Source: Opitutia bacterium Tous-C1TDCM
GTDB lineage: Bacteria > Verrucomicrobiota > Verrucomicrobiia > Opitutales > Opitutaceae
Reading direction: 5' to 3'
Length of the DNA stretch: 64,000 bases
NCBI GenBank assembly: GCA_002288455.1
Contig: NEUS01000005.1
Span: forward strand, 6-64,005
In this document: piece after piece, positions 9,447-19,877 of the stretch
Numbering within the stretch: the stretch's first letter is position 1
Layout: each line of letters opens with the position of its first letter
Position numbers and translations under genes: made by a program
The notes under the pieces: generated by a model
What the model was told of the DNA's origin: nothing
Database searches by the model: none
What the model saw: the letters and a program-made list of their open reading frames with translations, nothing else

Positions 9447-9451
9447 TGGGC

Positions 9452-10453
9452 TCAGGCTTCCTTCTTGGTGTCGAGGAGGCGCTCGTCGAACTTCATGCCG
9501 AGGGACAGACCCAGGGCTTCGAGCTTCTCCTTGATTTCGTTGAGCGACTTCTTGCCGAAGTTGCGGTACTTGAGCATCTCCTGCTCGGTCTTCATCGCGA
9601 GCTCGCCGACGGTCGTGATGTTGGCGTTGTTGAGGCAGTTCGCGGCGCGGACAGAGAGCTCGATTTCGTTGACCGACATGTTGAGGAGCTTGCGGAGCTT
9701 GTTCTGCTCTTCGCTGACCTCGGACTGCTGGTTCTCGAACTCGTAGGCTTCCTCGGAGACGCGGTCGAAGACGTCGAGGTGGTGCTTCAGGATCGACGCG
9801 GCCTGCTTGAGGGCGTCGTCCGGCGTGATGCGGCCGTCCGTCCAGATCTCGAGATTGAGCTTGTCGTAATCGGTGATCTGGCCGACGCGGGTCGCTTCGA
9901 CGGCGTACTTGACGAGGCGAACCGGAGAGAAGAGCGAGTCGATCGGAATGACGCCGATGGCCTGTTCTTCCTTCTTGTTGGCTTCGCCGGGATAGTAACC
10001 GCGGCCGGTCTTGATCTCGATCTCGGCTTCGAAGGTTTTCTTCGCGTCGAGGGTGCAGATGACCTGGTCGGGATTGACGATCTGGATGTTGGCGTCGGCC
10101 TGGATGTCGGCGGCGGTGACGGGACCGGCCTTGTTGACCTTGATCTGAAGGGTGATGGCTTCGCGTTTCTGCGAGACGATCAGGATCTTCTTCAGGTTAA
10201 GGACAATGTCGGTGACATCCTCGACGACGCCGTCGATGGACTGAAACTCGTGGTTGACGCTGTCGATCTTGATCGAGGAGATCGCGGCGCCCTCGATGGA
10301 GCTGAGCAGCACGCGGCGAAGGGAATTGCCGACCGTGTGGCCGTAACCGGCTTCGAAAGGCTCGGCGATGAACTTGGCATAGGTCGGCGTGGCGCCTTCC
10401 TCGACCTTGGTGAGCTTGCTGGGCAGTTCGAACTTTCCGAGACGTTTTGGCAT
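9452..10453 (-). CDS. rpoA: RNA polymerase alpha subunit
   Basis: EPFEAGYGHTVGNSLRRVLLSSI, ELSVRAANCL, NFGKKSL; ATG 10453. Confidence 0.97.
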   Translation of the reverse strand: MPKRLGKFELPSKLTKVEEGATPTYAKFIAEPFEAGYGHTVGNSLRRVLLSSIEGAAISSIKIDSVNHEFQSIDGVVEDVTDIVLNLKKILIVSQKREAITLQIKVNKAGPVTAADIQADANIQIVNPDQVICTLDAKKTFEAEIEIKTGRGYYPGEANKKEEQAIGVIPIDSLFSPVRLVKYAVEATRVGQITDYDKLNLEIWTDGRITPDDALKQAASILKHHLDVFDRVSEEAYEFENQQSEVSEEQNKLRKLLNMSVNEIELSVRAANCLNNANITTVGELAMKTEQEMLKYRNFGKKSLNEIKEKLEALGLSLGMKFDERLLDTKKEA

Positions 10454-10550
10454 GGCTGGGGAGTTCTGACGTGAAGCGTTGAGATTGGGTGAGGTTGAGT
10501 GGACGAAACGCCGGCGCTCGGCGAGCGCCAAGGCGTGTCGTCCGACGGGC

Positions 10551-11162
10551 TCAGAAGCGCGAGTAGAACTCGACGATGAGCTGCTCGTTGATCTCCTGGG
10601 TCATTTCCTCGCGCGTCGGGAGACGCACGACGGTGGCCTTGAAGGTCTCGGGATTCATCGTGAGCCAACCGGGGACGTTGCGGATCCGGTTTTCTTCGAG
10701 GCAACGGGTCGCGAGCTGGCGGGACGCCGGCGTGTTCTTGACTTCGATCTCGTCGCCGGGCTGCACGTTGTAGCTGGCGATGTCGACCTTGTGGCCGTTG
10801 ACGCGGATGTGGCCGTGGTTGACGAACTGGCGGGCCGCGGCGCGGCTCTTGGCGAGACCGAGCAGGTAAACGGTGCTGTCGAGACGGGTCTCGAGGAGCT
10901 GGAGGAAGCGTTCGCCGGTGACGCCGCGCTCGCGCTTGGCGTTTTCGAAGACGCGGCGGAACTGGCGCTCGAGCAGGCCGTAGATGTAACGGAGCTTCTG
11001 CTTTTCGTTGAGGCCGACGGCGTATTCGGAAACCTTGCGGCGGAGTTTGGGACCGTGCTGGCCGGGCGGATAGCCGCGGCGTTCGAGGGCCTTGCCCGAG
11101 CCGAGGAGGTGCTGACCGAAACGACGGCTGATGCGAGTGGTGGGGCCGGTATAACGAGCCAT
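10551..11162 (-). CDS. rpsD: 30S ribosomal protein S4
   Basis: MARYTGP, PPGQHG, EKQKLR, LETRLD, IVEFYSR. Confidence 0.97.
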   Translation of the reverse strand: MARYTGPTTRISRRFGQHLLGSGKALERRGYPPGQHGPKLRRKVSEYAVGLNEKQKLRYIYGLLERQFRRVFENAKRERGVTGERFLQLLETRLDSTVYLLGLAKSRAAARQFVNHGHIRVNGHKVDIASYNVQPGDEIEVKNTPASRQLATRCLEENRIRNVPGWLTMNPETFKATVVRLPTREEMTQEINEQLIVEFYSRF

Positions 11163-11200
11163 GGTAGTAAAGTGCTGGAGGTTGGAGGATAACCGGTCGG

Positions 11201-11851
11201 TTAGACGCGGCGGCGTTTGCGCGGGCGGCAGCCGTTGTGCGGGATCGGGGTGACGTCGACGATCGAGGTGATCTCGAGGCCGATTGCCTGCAGGGCGCGG
11301 ATCGCGGAGTCGCGGCCGAGGCCGGGACCGGAAACGCGGATGACGATGTCCTTCAGACCGTGGGCCATCGCGTTGCGGGCGGCGTCCTGGGCGACGACCT
11401 GGGCGGCGTACGCGGTGGACTTGCGGGAACCGCGGAAGTTGCACTTGCCGGCGGAAGACCAGGCGATGACGGCACCCTTCTGGTCGGTGATCGAGACGAT
11501 CGTGTTGTTGAAAGAGGCGAGCACGTTGGCAAAGCCGGACGTGACGTTCTTGGAACCCTTGGCCTTGCGGACCTTGATGGTACCCAATTCCTCCTTCAGG
11601 AGATCTTCGGCGGTGGGCTGCTTGGCGACACCGTGAACCATCTCGACGGGCTTTTGCTCGGCCGCCGGAGCGGCGGGAGCGGCGCCGGGAGCACCCGCGG
11701 CGGGAGCGGAGCCGTCGGCGGCGGGCTTCGCAGCCTTGGGAGCCTTGGCCTTTTTCTCAGCGGGGGCGGCAGCGGGAGCGGCAGCCGGCGCACCTTCGGC
11801 GGCGGGCTTGGCAGGCTTTTCTTTCTTCGGAGCGGACTTTTCTTCGGCCAT
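11201..11851 (-). CDS. rpsK: 30S ribosomal protein S11 with long N-terminal extension
   Basis: [32 protein letters not shown]. Confidence 0.96.
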   Translation of the reverse strand: MAEEKSAPKKEKPAKPAAEGAPAAAPAAAPAEKKAKAPKAAKPAADGSAPAAGAPGAAPAAPAAEQKPVEMVHGVAKQPTAEDLLKEELGTIKVRKAKGSKNVTSGFANVLASFNNTIVSITDQKGAVIAWSSAGKCNFRGSRKSTAYAAQVVAQDAARNAMAHGLKDIVIRVSGPGLGRDSAIRALQAIGLEITSIVDVTPIPHNGCRPRKRRRV

Positions 11852-11863
11852 GGGAGTGAGGGA

Positions 11864-12244
11864 TTATGCTTCTTTCGCCTTGGTGACACCGACGGTCTTG
11901 CGCGGGCCCTTGCGGGTACGGGCATTGGTGCTCGTGCGCTGACCGCGCACGGGAAGGCTGCGACGATGGCGAATGCCACGGTAGCAGTTGATCGCCTGAA
12001 GGCGTTTCAAATTGCCGGCGATCTCGCGACGGAGGTCACCCTCGAGCACCCATTTGTGCTCGGTGATGAGGTGCAGAATCTTGTTCAGCTGCTCCTCGGT
12101 GAGGTCCTGGGCCCGCATATCGGGGTTCAGGCCCGCTTCCTTGACGAGCAGGTCGGCCCGCGTGGGACCGATGCCGTTGATGTAACGGAGGGAGTACGCG
12201 ACTTTCTTTTTCGCGGGGATGTCGACGCCGAGGAGACGAGGCAT
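11864..12244 (-). CDS. rpsM: 30S ribosomal protein S13
   Basis: [29 protein letters not shown]. Confidence 0.97.
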   Translation of the reverse strand: MPRLLGVDIPAKKKVAYSLRYINGIGPTRADLLVKEAGLNPDMRAQDLTEEQLNKILHLITEHKWVLEGDLRREIAGNLKRLQAINCYRGIRHRRSLPVRGQRTSTNARTRKGPRKTVGVTKAKEA

Positions 12245-12310
12245 GGTGTTTGGACTGGTTGAGACTTAGTTGATGGAAAGGAAAATTGGGTAAAAGGCCG
12301 GCCCCGGATT

Positions 12311-13093
12311 TCAAACCGGCGCAAGCGGCCGCGGAATCGTGAGCACTTCGGGGCCGCGGTCGGTCGTGAGCACCGTGTGCTCGAAGTGGGCGGAGGGCGA
12401 GTGGTCGGCCGTGACGATGGTCCAGCCGTCGGCGAGCGTCTTGGTTTTGAAACCGCCCGCGTTGACCATGGGCTCGATCGCGAGCGTCATGCCGGGCTTG
12501 ATTTTTTCGCCGCTGCCTCGCCGACCGAAGTTCGGAATCTCCGGCGGTTCGTGCATCGCCACTCCGACCCCGTGACCGACCATATCGCGCACGACGCTGA
12601 AACCGTTGGCCTCGACGTAGTGCTGGATGGCCGCCGACACATCGCCGATGCGATTGCCGACCACCGCTTGCTTGATACCGAGATCGAGCGCCTCGCGGGA
12701 AACGCGAAGCAGTTTTTCGTTGGCCGAAGAAACGGTGCCGACCGGAACGGTGTAGGCGTTGTCGCCCACATAGCCGTCGTGCCAGACCACAATATCCAGG
12801 GAGACAATATCGCCTTCGCGCAAAACCCGCCGCAAAGACGGAATGCCATGGACGACTTCTTCGTTCACGGAAATGCAGGTGTGAGCGGGATAGCGACGCG
12901 AACCGTGCTGATACCCGAAACAAGCGCTGCGGGCTCCGAGCCGGGCGATCCAATCGCGGCCGGCTTCTTCCAAGTCCTGAGTCGTGATGCCGGGTCGGAC
13001 CAAAGGCTTGAGTTGTTCAAGCACGGTGGCCGCGATGGCACACGCCTCGCGCATTTTCGCGATCCCGTCTTTGTTCTTGATCGGGATGCTCAT
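12311..13093 (-). CDS. map: Type I methionine aminopeptidase
   Basis: CISVNEEVVHGIP, GDIVSLD, GHGVG, HEPP, AIEPM, SAHFEHT; ATG 13093. Confidence 0.96.
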   Translation of the reverse strand: MSIPIKNKDGIAKMREACAIAATVLEQLKPLVRPGITTQDLEEAGRDWIARLGARSACFGYQHGSRRYPAHTCISVNEEVVHGIPSLRRVLREGDIVSLDIVVWHDGYVGDNAYTVPVGTVSSANEKLLRVSREALDLGIKQAVVGNRIGDVSAAIQHYVEANGFSVVRDMVGHGVGVAMHEPPEIPNFGRRGSGEKIKPGMTLAIEPMVNAGGFKTKTLADGWTIVTADHSPSAHFEHTVLTTDRGPEVLTIPRPLAPV

Positions 13094-13521
13094 GCGGCGG
13101 CGCACGCGACGGTTTCCGTGAGGAGACCTAGCGTGCGGTAGTGTCGGACGACAGACTCGTCGGAACCGGGACCAGCCACGACCGCGTTGAGCGTTTCGTT
13201 GCGAGTCTCGAGCCATTCATCCAACACAAGGGCTTGGAGCAGCGTAGCCGGGAAATCCGTCAGGACGAATCCCGCATCAGGTTTGCGCGTGAAGTACCAA
13301 CGGCGCATCAGCGCCAAGCGTTGGACTTCGTCCGCCGCGGCTGAAGCCGGGCGGCGCGAAATCTCCGCCCTTTTGAGGCAGGACGGAGAGACGTGCTCTA
13401 AATTCAAAGAACGGGCCCGGTTCATCAGGTCCTCGCAGCCAAGATCGATCGAACCGAGGAGAAGGATCTTGGCTTTGGCCGCAGGGCCAGAACCGGCGAA
13501 GGGGTCGGAGATGCCAGCCAC
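13090..13521 (-). CDS. Degenerate adenylate-kinase-like protein (no P-loop, no LID)
   Basis: Occupies the adk position between secY and map. KILLLG, HVS and GFVLTDFPATLLQA resemble Adk, but GxPGxGKGT reads GSIDLGCED. Confidence 0.65.
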   Translation of the reverse strand: MAGISDPFAGSGPAAKAKILLLGSIDLGCEDLMNRARSLNLEHVSPSCLKRAEISRRPASAAADEVQRLALMRRWYFTRKPDAGFVLTDFPATLLQALVLDEWLETRNETLNAVVAGPGSDESVVRHYRTLGLLTETVACAAA

Positions 13522-13540
13522 AACCGCCGGAGTAAAGCTC

Positions 13541-15046
13541 TTATTTCAAAAACGCCTTGTACGCCCAGATTCCGGCGCCAAGGGCGAGCAATCCGAGCAT
13601 GGGCAAAGCCAGCTTCATGACCGCTTCGTGGCTCAGTGCTTCACCGGTCGCACCCTGCTGGGGATTCGCGCTGCGGGCACGAATGCGGCCCTTCTTGAGG
13701 AACCCGTCGTAGTGGCGTTGCAGGAGGAAGGTCTCAATCTGGCGCATCGTGTCGAGGATGACGCCGACGGTGATCAACATGCCGGTGCCACCGAAGAAAT
13801 AGGCGATGCGGGTCGGGACGTTGAGCTCGAAGAGGAGAACGTCGGGCATAATCGCGATGACGGTCAGGAAGATCGCGCCAGCTAGCGTGAGCCGGGTCAT
13901 GATGAAATCGAGGAACTGCGCGGTCGGCTCGCCGGGGCGGACGCCGGGAATGTACCCGCCGTATTTCTTCAGATCGTCGGCGATCTGGATCGGTTTGAAC
14001 ATGACGGACACCCAGAAATAGCTGAAGAACAGGATGAGGGTCGTGTTGAGAGCGTAGTACGTCCAGTGACCGCGGAGCAGGTTGTTCGAAAACTCGGTGA
14101 GGAACTTGAGTTCGAAGTGGGCGCCGAGCCAGGAGAAGATCTGCTGCGGGAAGAGGAGGATCGCGCTGGCGAAGATGACGGGCATGACGCCCGAATAGTT
14201 GACCTTCAGGGGCAGGAAAGAGCTCTGGCCGCCCATGACCTTGTTGCCGACGACGCGCTTGGCGTACTGGACCGGGATTTTGCGCTGGCCCTGCACGACC
14301 GCGATGATGCCCATCGTGACGGCGACGAAGAGGGCCACCATGATGACCGCCTGCGGGAGGCCGAGGCTGGCGCCGGTGCCTACGGGACGGAAGAAAAGGC
14401 TGTAGGTCTGCTGGGCGGCGCCGGGGATGTCGGCCAGAATGCCGACCGTGATGAGGAGCGAGACTCCGTTGCCGATGCCGCGCTGGGTGATCTGTTCACC
14501 GAGCCACATCAACAGCATCGTACCGGCGGTCATGAAAATGACCGAGGTGAAGACGAAGCTCCACTTCTCGACAATGACGATTGAACCGAAACGAGCGACA
14601 TCGTACCCGGGAAAGAGCTGACCGGGGTTGTTCAAGGCCAGAATCAGCAGCGTACCTTGGATGAGGCAGATCAGGACCGTCGCGTAGCGCGTGTACTGGG
14701 TCAGCTTCTGGCGGCCGACATCGCCCTCTTGCTGGAGCCGGCTCAGAGCCGGAACCACCGCGGTCATCAATTGGAAGATGATCGATGCACTGATGTACGG
14801 CATGATACCCAACGCAGCGATGGCACCCTTGGTGAGCGCCCCGCCGGTGAACATGTTGTACAAACCAATGAGGTTACCGGCACCGCTTGAAGCCTGCTCC
14901 TCGAAGAACCTTTGGAGCGGGTACGGGTCGATGCCCGGAAGCGGAATGTGCGACGCGACGCGGGACACAAACAACAGCGACAGCGTGTAGAAGATCCGGG
15001 AGCGGAGCTCCGGAATCTTCAGGGAGTTCGTGAAGGCGGAAAACAC
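13541..15046 (-). CDS. secY: Preprotein translocase SecY
   Basis: IPELRSRI, LGIMPYISASII, WLGEQITQRGIGNGVSL, IPGVRPG; GTG start 15046. Confidence 0.97.
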   Translation of the reverse strand: MFSAFTNSLKIPELRSRIFYTLSLLFVSRVASHIPLPGIDPYPLQRFFEEQASSGAGNLIGLYNMFTGGALTKGAIAALGIMPYISASIIFQLMTAVVPALSRLQQEGDVGRQKLTQYTRYATVLICLIQGTLLILALNNPGQLFPGYDVARFGSIVIVEKWSFVFTSVIFMTAGTMLLMWLGEQITQRGIGNGVSLLITVGILADIPGAAQQTYSLFFRPVGTGASLGLPQAVIMVALFVAVTMGIIAVVQGQRKIPVQYAKRVVGNKVMGGQSSFLPLKVNYSGVMPVIFASAILLFPQQIFSWLGAHFELKFLTEFSNNLLRGHWTYYALNTTLILFFSYFWVSVMFKPIQIADDLKKYGGYIPGVRPGEPTAQFLDFIMTRLTLAGAIFLTVIAIMPDVLLFELNVPTRIAYFFGGTGMLITVGVILDTMRQIETFLLQRHYDGFLKKGRIRARSANPQQGATGEALSHEAVMKLALPMLGLLALGAGIWAYKAFLK

Positions 15047-15062
15047 GGGATAGGAATTCGAA

Positions 15063-15148
15063 TTGCGGATGGCGGGTGGCGGACCGGCGGGCGGTGCGGT
15101 TGCGATCGGGATCCGGAGATCCGTCAACCGCAAACCACGATCCGCAAT
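15063..15148. repeat. Heptamer-periodic imperfect hairpin between rplO and secY
   Basis: TTGCGGA TGGCGGG TGGCGGA ... ATCCGTC AACCGCA AACCACG ATCCGCA; the outer ends ATTGCGGAT/ATCCGCAAT pair. Confidence 0.55.
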
Positions 15149-15152
15149 GAAA

Positions 15153-15599
15153 TCAGGCGACGATGGCCTGGCCGCCGGCCTTTTCGATCTTGGCCTTGGC
15201 GGATTCCGAGAACTTGCTGGCGGTCACTTTGAGCGCGCGGCCAATCTCGCCGTCGCCCAGCACCTTGACGGTGGTCTCGCCGGCGCGGATCAAACCGTGC
15301 TGCGCCAGAATGACGGCATTGACCTCGGTCACCGAGGCGTCGAGCGCGGCCAGAGCGGCCACGTTCACGACCGCGATTTCGACGCGGTGGTTGTAGTTGT
15401 TGAAGCCGCGGTGCGGGAGTTTGCGGTACAGCGGCATCTGACCGCCTTCGAAGCCGGGTCGGATGCTGCCGCCGGAACGGGCCGTCTGGCCCTTGCCGCC
15501 GCGACCGCTGGTCTTGCCATGGCCGCCGCCTTCGCCGCAGCCAACGCGCTTCTTGCGGTGCACGGCACCGGGGACGTTCTTGAGTTCGTGAAGTTTCAT
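15153..15599 (-). CDS. rplO: 50S ribosomal protein L15
   Basis: GKTSGRGGKGQTAR, GFEGGQMPL, KIEKAGG. Confidence 0.97.
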   Translation of the reverse strand: MKLHELKNVPGAVHRKKRVGCGEGGGHGKTSGRGGKGQTARSGGSIRPGFEGGQMPLYRKLPHRGFNNYNHRVEIAVVNVAALAALDASVTEVNAVILAQHGLIRAGETTVKVLGDGEIGRALKVTASKFSESAKAKIEKAGGQAIVA

Positions 15600-15694
15600 A
15601 GTGGTTCCTCGTGTGGGCGCCGGACCGCTACAGCGGACCGACTCGGATATTGAAAAAGCTTAAACGGGACGGAAATACTCCGCCCCGTCGGGAC

Positions 15695-16372
15695 TCAGGC
15701 AGACTTGCGGGTGGCAGCGATGTCTTCGGCCAGCCGGAGCTTGCGGAGACCTTCGAGCGTGGCGTGAACGACAGCAATGTGGTTCGAAGAACCCATCGAC
15801 TTCGTGAGAATGTTCTTCACGCCGGCAGCTTCGAGAACCGCACGCACACCGCCGCCGGCGATCAGGCCGGTACCGGGGGAAGCGGGCTTGAGCATTACGC
15901 GGCCGCCATCGTATTCGCCCATGACATCGTGAGGAATCGTGTCGCCCTTGAGCTTCACGGACACGAGGTGTTTGTGAGCGTTGGCCGTGCCCTTCTTGAT
16001 GGCGTCGGGAACTTCGTTGGCCTTGCCGTAGCCGATGCCGACCTTGCCTTTGCCGTCGCCGACGACGGCGAGAGCAGCGAACGAAAAACGCCGGCCGCCT
16101 TTAACGACCTTGGCGCAGCGGTTGATGAAGACGACCTTCTCGATCATCTGCGGGCCGTCGCCATCCTGCGGTTTCTGGTCCCGGTTGTCGCGGCGAGGGC
16201 CGCGATTGCCGCCGGGGCCGCGATTGCCGCCTTGGCCGCGGAAGCCGCCTTGGCCCCGCGGGGCACGCTGTTCGCGCGCCGGAGCCTGAGCCGGAGCCGT
16301 GGTCAGCCCCGGAGCGGGAGCGTCGGCGGCGGGCGTGGTGGGTTCCGGAGCGGAAGTGGGTTCAGTGCTCAT
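15695..16372 (-). CDS. rpsE: 30S ribosomal protein S5 with N-terminal extension
   Basis: [28 protein letters not shown]. Confidence 0.97.
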   Translation of the reverse strand: MSTEPTSAPEPTTPAADAPAPGLTTAPAQAPAREQRAPRGQGGFRGQGGNRGPGGNRGPRRDNRDQKPQDGDGPQMIEKVVFINRCAKVVKGGRRFSFAALAVVGDGKGKVGIGYGKANEVPDAIKKGTANAHKHLVSVKLKGDTIPHDVMGEYDGGRVMLKPASPGTGLIAGGGVRAVLEAAGVKNILTKSMGSSNHIAVVHATLEGLRKLRLAEDIAATRKSA

Positions 16373-16378
16373 GCTATT

Positions 16379-16747
16379 TTAGAATTGAAGGCCACCTTCG
16401 CGGGCAGCATCGGCGAACGTTTTGACTTTGCCATGGTACGGGGCGCCGCTGCGGTCGAAGACCACAGAGGTGATTCCGGCGGCCTTGGCCTTGGCGGCAA
16501 AGGCGGCGCCGAGCGTTTTGGCGCTGGCGATATTGGCCTTGAGCTTCTGCTTGCGCAGTTCGGCATCGAGGCTGGAGAGGAAAACCAGCGTCGCGCCGGC
16601 ATCGTCGTCGATCGCCTGGGCGTACACGTGTTTGGTCGTGAAACGAACCGCGAGACGCGGACGGAGAGCGGTGCCGGTGATCTTCTTGCGGATGCGCCAG
16701 CGGCGGTTCTGGAGAAGGCGGGATTTGGTGACAGTCTTGGTGCTCAT
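16379..16747 (-). CDS. rplR: 50S ribosomal protein L18
   Basis: RPRLAV, HVYAQAIDD, VVFDRSGAPYHGKV, REGGLQF. Confidence 0.97.
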   Translation of the reverse strand: MSTKTVTKSRLLQNRRWRIRKKITGTALRPRLAVRFTTKHVYAQAIDDDAGATLVFLSSLDAELRKQKLKANIASAKTLGAAFAAKAKAAGITSVVFDRSGAPYHGKVKTFADAAREGGLQF

Positions 16748-16758
16748 GTGGTGTCTCC

Positions 16759-17295
16759 TTAGGCGACGGTTTTGCCTTCCTTGCGACGAACGCGCTCGCC
16801 GACGATACGCACGCCCTTGCCCTTATAGGGCTCCGGCGGGTAGTAGCTGCGGATCTCGGCGGTGACCGCACCGACAAGCTGCTTGTCCGCGCCTTCGACC
16901 TTGAGTTTGGTCTGATCCGTGACGGTCAGCTTGATGCCGGCCGGAATCTCCATGATGATCGGATGGGAGTAGCCAAGCGCGAAATCGAGCTGGCTGCCCT
17001 TGAGATTTGCCTTGAAGCCGACGCCTTGGATTTCGAGTTCCTTAAGGTAGCCGTCGGTGACACCTTTGACCATACCGGCGACAATCGAGCGGACGGTGCC
17101 AAACATGGCCTTGGCGAAGCGGGAATCGTCAGTCGGCGCGAAGGTGACTTGCTTGTCGGCGACGGTGACTTTGACGACCGAAGCGAAAGTCTTTTCGACT
17201 TTGCCCTTCGGGCCTTCGACCAGGACGGTACCGCCGTTGACGGAGACCTTGACCTTGTCGGGAATGGAAACGGGTTGTTTGCCGATGCGGCTCAT
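16759..17295 (-). CDS. rplF: 50S ribosomal protein L6
   Basis: MSRIGKQP, LGYSHP, PEPYKGKGVR. Confidence 0.97.
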   Translation of the reverse strand: MSRIGKQPVSIPDKVKVSVNGGTVLVEGPKGKVEKTFASVVKVTVADKQVTFAPTDDSRFAKAMFGTVRSIVAGMVKGVTDGYLKELEIQGVGFKANLKGSQLDFALGYSHPIIMEIPAGIKLTVTDQTKLKVEGADKQLVGAVTAEIRSYYPPEPYKGKGVRIVGERVRRKEGKTVA

Positions 17296-17332
17296 TTTCT
17301 TTTAAGGGCTGGTGGCAGTGGCGCGGCGCCAA

Positions 17333-17725
17333 TTACCAAACGTTGCAGATCAATTCACCGCCGGCCTTGTGGCGGCGGCAGTCGGCGTCTTTCATCAGCC
17401 CCCGGGAGGTCGAGATGATGCCGATTCCGAGGCCGTTGAGGACGCGCGGAATCTCGGTGTAGCGGAAGTAGAGGCGGCGACCGGGCGAAGAAACGCGGGT
17501 GATGCCGGTAATGGCGGGGGCGCCATCGACGTATTTCATTTTGACGACCAAGGTCTTGTGACCCTGCGCGTCAGCTCCGTTACTGTGGTCGGAGATATAA
17601 CCTTCGGTCTTGAGAATAGCGGCGACGCTTTCCTTGAGGTTCGAATGCGGGATCACGCAGTCGTCCAAGCGGGCTTTGCTCGCATTGCGGAGACGCGTGA
17701 GGAGATCACTGATCGGATCGGTCAT
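17333..17725 (-). CDS. rpsH: 30S ribosomal protein S8
   Basis: TDPISDLLTRLRNA, SSPGRRLY, ISTSRG, GGELICNVW. Confidence 0.97.
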   Translation of the reverse strand: MTDPISDLLTRLRNASKARLDDCVIPHSNLKESVAAILKTEGYISDHSNGADAQGHKTLVVKMKYVDGAPAITGITRVSSPGRRLYFRYTEIPRVLNGLGIGIISTSRGLMKDADCRRHKAGGELICNVW

Positions 17726-17785
17726 GGTGGATGTTCTGAGTTGCGGCCGCGCGGGTCATATCCGACCCCCGTGGGCCAATAAAAT

Positions 17786-18091
17786 TTACCAGGAGGACTT
17801 GGTCACCCCGGGGATCTTGCCGGAAAGGGCGAGTTCGCGGAATTGGATACGGGAGACGCCGAATTTGCGGATGTACGCGCGGGGACGGCCGCTGAGGGAG
17901 CAGCGGTTGCGGATGCGCGTCGGGGAGGAATTGCGGGGAAGCTTCTGAAGCTTCTTCTGCGTGGCGTGGAATTCCTCGTCGGTCGTAACCGGATTGATGA
18001 GGATGGCCTTCAGCTCGGCCCGCTTGGCGGCGAACTTGGCGGAGAGCTTGATGCGCTTCTTGTTGCGCTCGATGGCAGAGGTCTTGGGCAT
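17786..18091 (-). CDS. rpsN: 30S ribosomal protein S14 (101-aa, zinc-free type)
   Basis: [30 protein letters not shown]. Confidence 0.97.
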   Translation of the reverse strand: MPKTSAIERNKKRIKLSAKFAAKRAELKAILINPVTTDEEFHATQKKLQKLPRNSSPTRIRNRCSLSGRPRAYIRKFGVSRIQFRELALSGKIPGVTKSSW

Positions 18092-18108
18092 GGCGGGAAG
18101 CGATTAAA

Positions 18109-18681
18109 TTAGGCGGCCTTCGGGGCGTTGGTGGTCTCGGTCCGGCGGAAGGGCATGCCGAGGAGCTTGAGCAGTTCGCGACCTTCGTCGTCGTTCTGCG
18201 CCGTGGTCACGATTGTGATATCGAGGCCCATGGACTTCTTAACATTCTCCACGGTGATTTCAGGGAAGATGGTGAAGTCGGTAACCCCGATATTGTAATT
18301 GCCCTGGCCATCGAGCTTGGTCGGCACACCGCGAAAATCGCGGATGGTCGGCAGCGCAACCGCCAGCAGGCGATAAAGGAATTCCCACATCGCGGCACCG
18401 CGAAGGGTGACACTGCAACCGACGATCTGGTTGGGCTTCAGCTTGAAATTGGCGATCGCCTTGCGCGAGCGGTTGAGAATCGGCTTCTGGCCGGCAATGG
18501 CGGCCATGTCGCGCGCGATATCGGCGATTTGGTTCTTGTCGGCGTCGGCATCGATGCCGGTGTTGATGGCGATCTTCAGCAGCTTCGGCACCTGGTGTTT
18601 GTTCTTGTAGCCGCGGCTCTTGACGAGTTCAGGGACGACCTGCTCGACGTAGAGTTTCTTAAGAGTGGGAATGTAGCTCAT
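18109..18681 (-). CDS. rplE: 50S ribosomal protein L5
   Basis: IAGQKP, AIANFKL, VTLRG, IRDFRG, IFPEI. Confidence 0.97.
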   Translation of the reverse strand: MSYIPTLKKLYVEQVVPELVKSRGYKNKHQVPKLLKIAINTGIDADADKNQIADIARDMAAIAGQKPILNRSRKAIANFKLKPNQIVGCSVTLRGAAMWEFLYRLLAVALPTIRDFRGVPTKLDGQGNYNIGVTDFTIFPEITVENVKKSMGLDITIVTTAQNDDEGRELLKLLGMPFRRTETTNAPKAA

Positions 18682-18798
18682 GGATATTGCCCGGGATTAC
18701 CGACCCCGAGGCGGAGAGTGTGAATCTTGAATGGAAAAGCGCCCAGTAACGCAGGCGCGCCGCCGATTTGGCAAGCGCGCATTCGTGCGGGCAGGGAA

Positions 18799-19071
18799 TC
18801 AGGCGGCCGGGGCGGCCTTCTTGCGTTTGCTCGCGTCGAAGACCGACTGGAGCATGAGGTTGGAGATCGCGACGGATCCCTCGAGCTCGGAGATCGCTCC
18901 CTGGGGATTCTTCTCCGATTTCTTGACGTGCTTCTTGATCATCGCGACGCCTTCGACCCGGGCGCGGAGCTTGGGAGCGAGGATCTCGAGGACCTTGCCG
19001 GACTTGCCCTTGTGGGAGCCGGCGATGACGACGACCAGATCGCCGCGTTTGATGTGAAATTTCTGGGCCAT
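18799..19071 (-). CDS. rplX: 50S ribosomal protein L24
   Basis: KOW motif HIKRGDLVVVIAGSHKGKSGKV. Confidence 0.96.
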   Translation of the reverse strand: MAQKFHIKRGDLVVVIAGSHKGKSGKVLEILAPKLRARVEGVAMIKKHVKKSEKNPQGAISELEGSVAISNLMLQSVFDASKRKKAAPAA

Positions 19072-19072
19072 T

Positions 19073-19438
19073 TTAGAGAACCTCCGGGGCGAGCGAGATA
19101 ATCTTCATGAAGTTCTTCGCACGCAGTTCGCGGGCGACCGGGCCGAAGATGCGGGTACCGCGGGGATTGTTGCTCGCGTCAATGATGACGATCGCGTTGG
19201 AATCGAAGCGCAAATAGCTGCCATCAGCCCGGCGCACCGGAGCCTTCGTCCGGACGACGACGGCCTTGGCGACTTCACCTTTTTTAACGGTGGCGTCGGT
19301 GGTGCTTTCCTTGATGTGGACCGTGACCACGTCGCCGACATGGGCGTACGGGGTTTGCTGGCCCATCCGTTGGATGAGCGCGGCTTTACGGGCGCCGGTA
19401 TTGTCGGCGACTTCGAGAATGGAGCGCAGTTGGATCAT
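19073..19438 (-). CDS. rplN: 50S ribosomal protein L14
   Basis: MIQ...[27 protein letters not shown]. Confidence 0.97.
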   Translation of the reverse strand: MIQLRSILEVADNTGARKAALIQRMGQQTPYAHVGDVVTVHIKESTTDATVKKGEVAKAVVVRTKAPVRRADGSYLRFDSNAIVIIDASNNPRGTRIFGPVARELRAKNFMKIISLAPEVL

Positions 19439-19472
19439 GGCAGGCCTCCTTGAATGGTTAGGTTGTTAAGGT

Positions 19473-19850
19473 TCAGGCCTTGGGCGCCGGCGCAGGGGCG
19501 GCAGCCTCGGTGGACTTGGTGGTCTTCGTCGGGACGGTGGCCGCGACATCGGACTCGCTGATCGCAGCACCGTCGGCGACGACGGCCTTCTGGATGACGG
19601 AGGTCACGCGCCAGCGCTTGAGGCGGCTGATCGGACGGGTCTCCATGACCTCGACCTTGTCGCCCACCTTGGTCTCGTTCTTCTCGTCGTGGACGTGCAG
19701 GACGGTCTGGCGATTGACGACCTTATGGTAGAGGGGATGCGGAGTCTTGTAAGCGATCGTGACCTTGATCGACTTGTCCCCGGAGCGGCTCGAAACGAAT
19801 CCGATCTGGGTTTTGCGCGTGGTGCGCTGGCCGGGAGTGGCGGTGGACAT
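19473..19850 (-). CDS. rpsQ: 30S ribosomal protein S17 with C-terminal extension
   Basis: HPLYHK, HDEKN, GDKV, ETRPISRLKRW. Confidence 0.96.
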   Translation of the reverse strand: MSTATPGQRTTRKTQIGFVSSRSGDKSIKVTIAYKTPHPLYHKVVNRQTVLHVHDEKNETKVGDKVEVMETRPISRLKRWRVTSVIQKAVVADGAAISESDVAATVPTKTTKSTEAAAPAPAPKA

Positions 19851-19877
19851 GGTGGTGTTTCCTTATTGGCGGGGCAC

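Noticed and set aside
18682-18798. rplX-rplE spacer as an S8 operator or internal promoter
   Set aside because: TTGCCA is present on the minus strand, but no convincing -10 element or S8-type helix could be established by eye.
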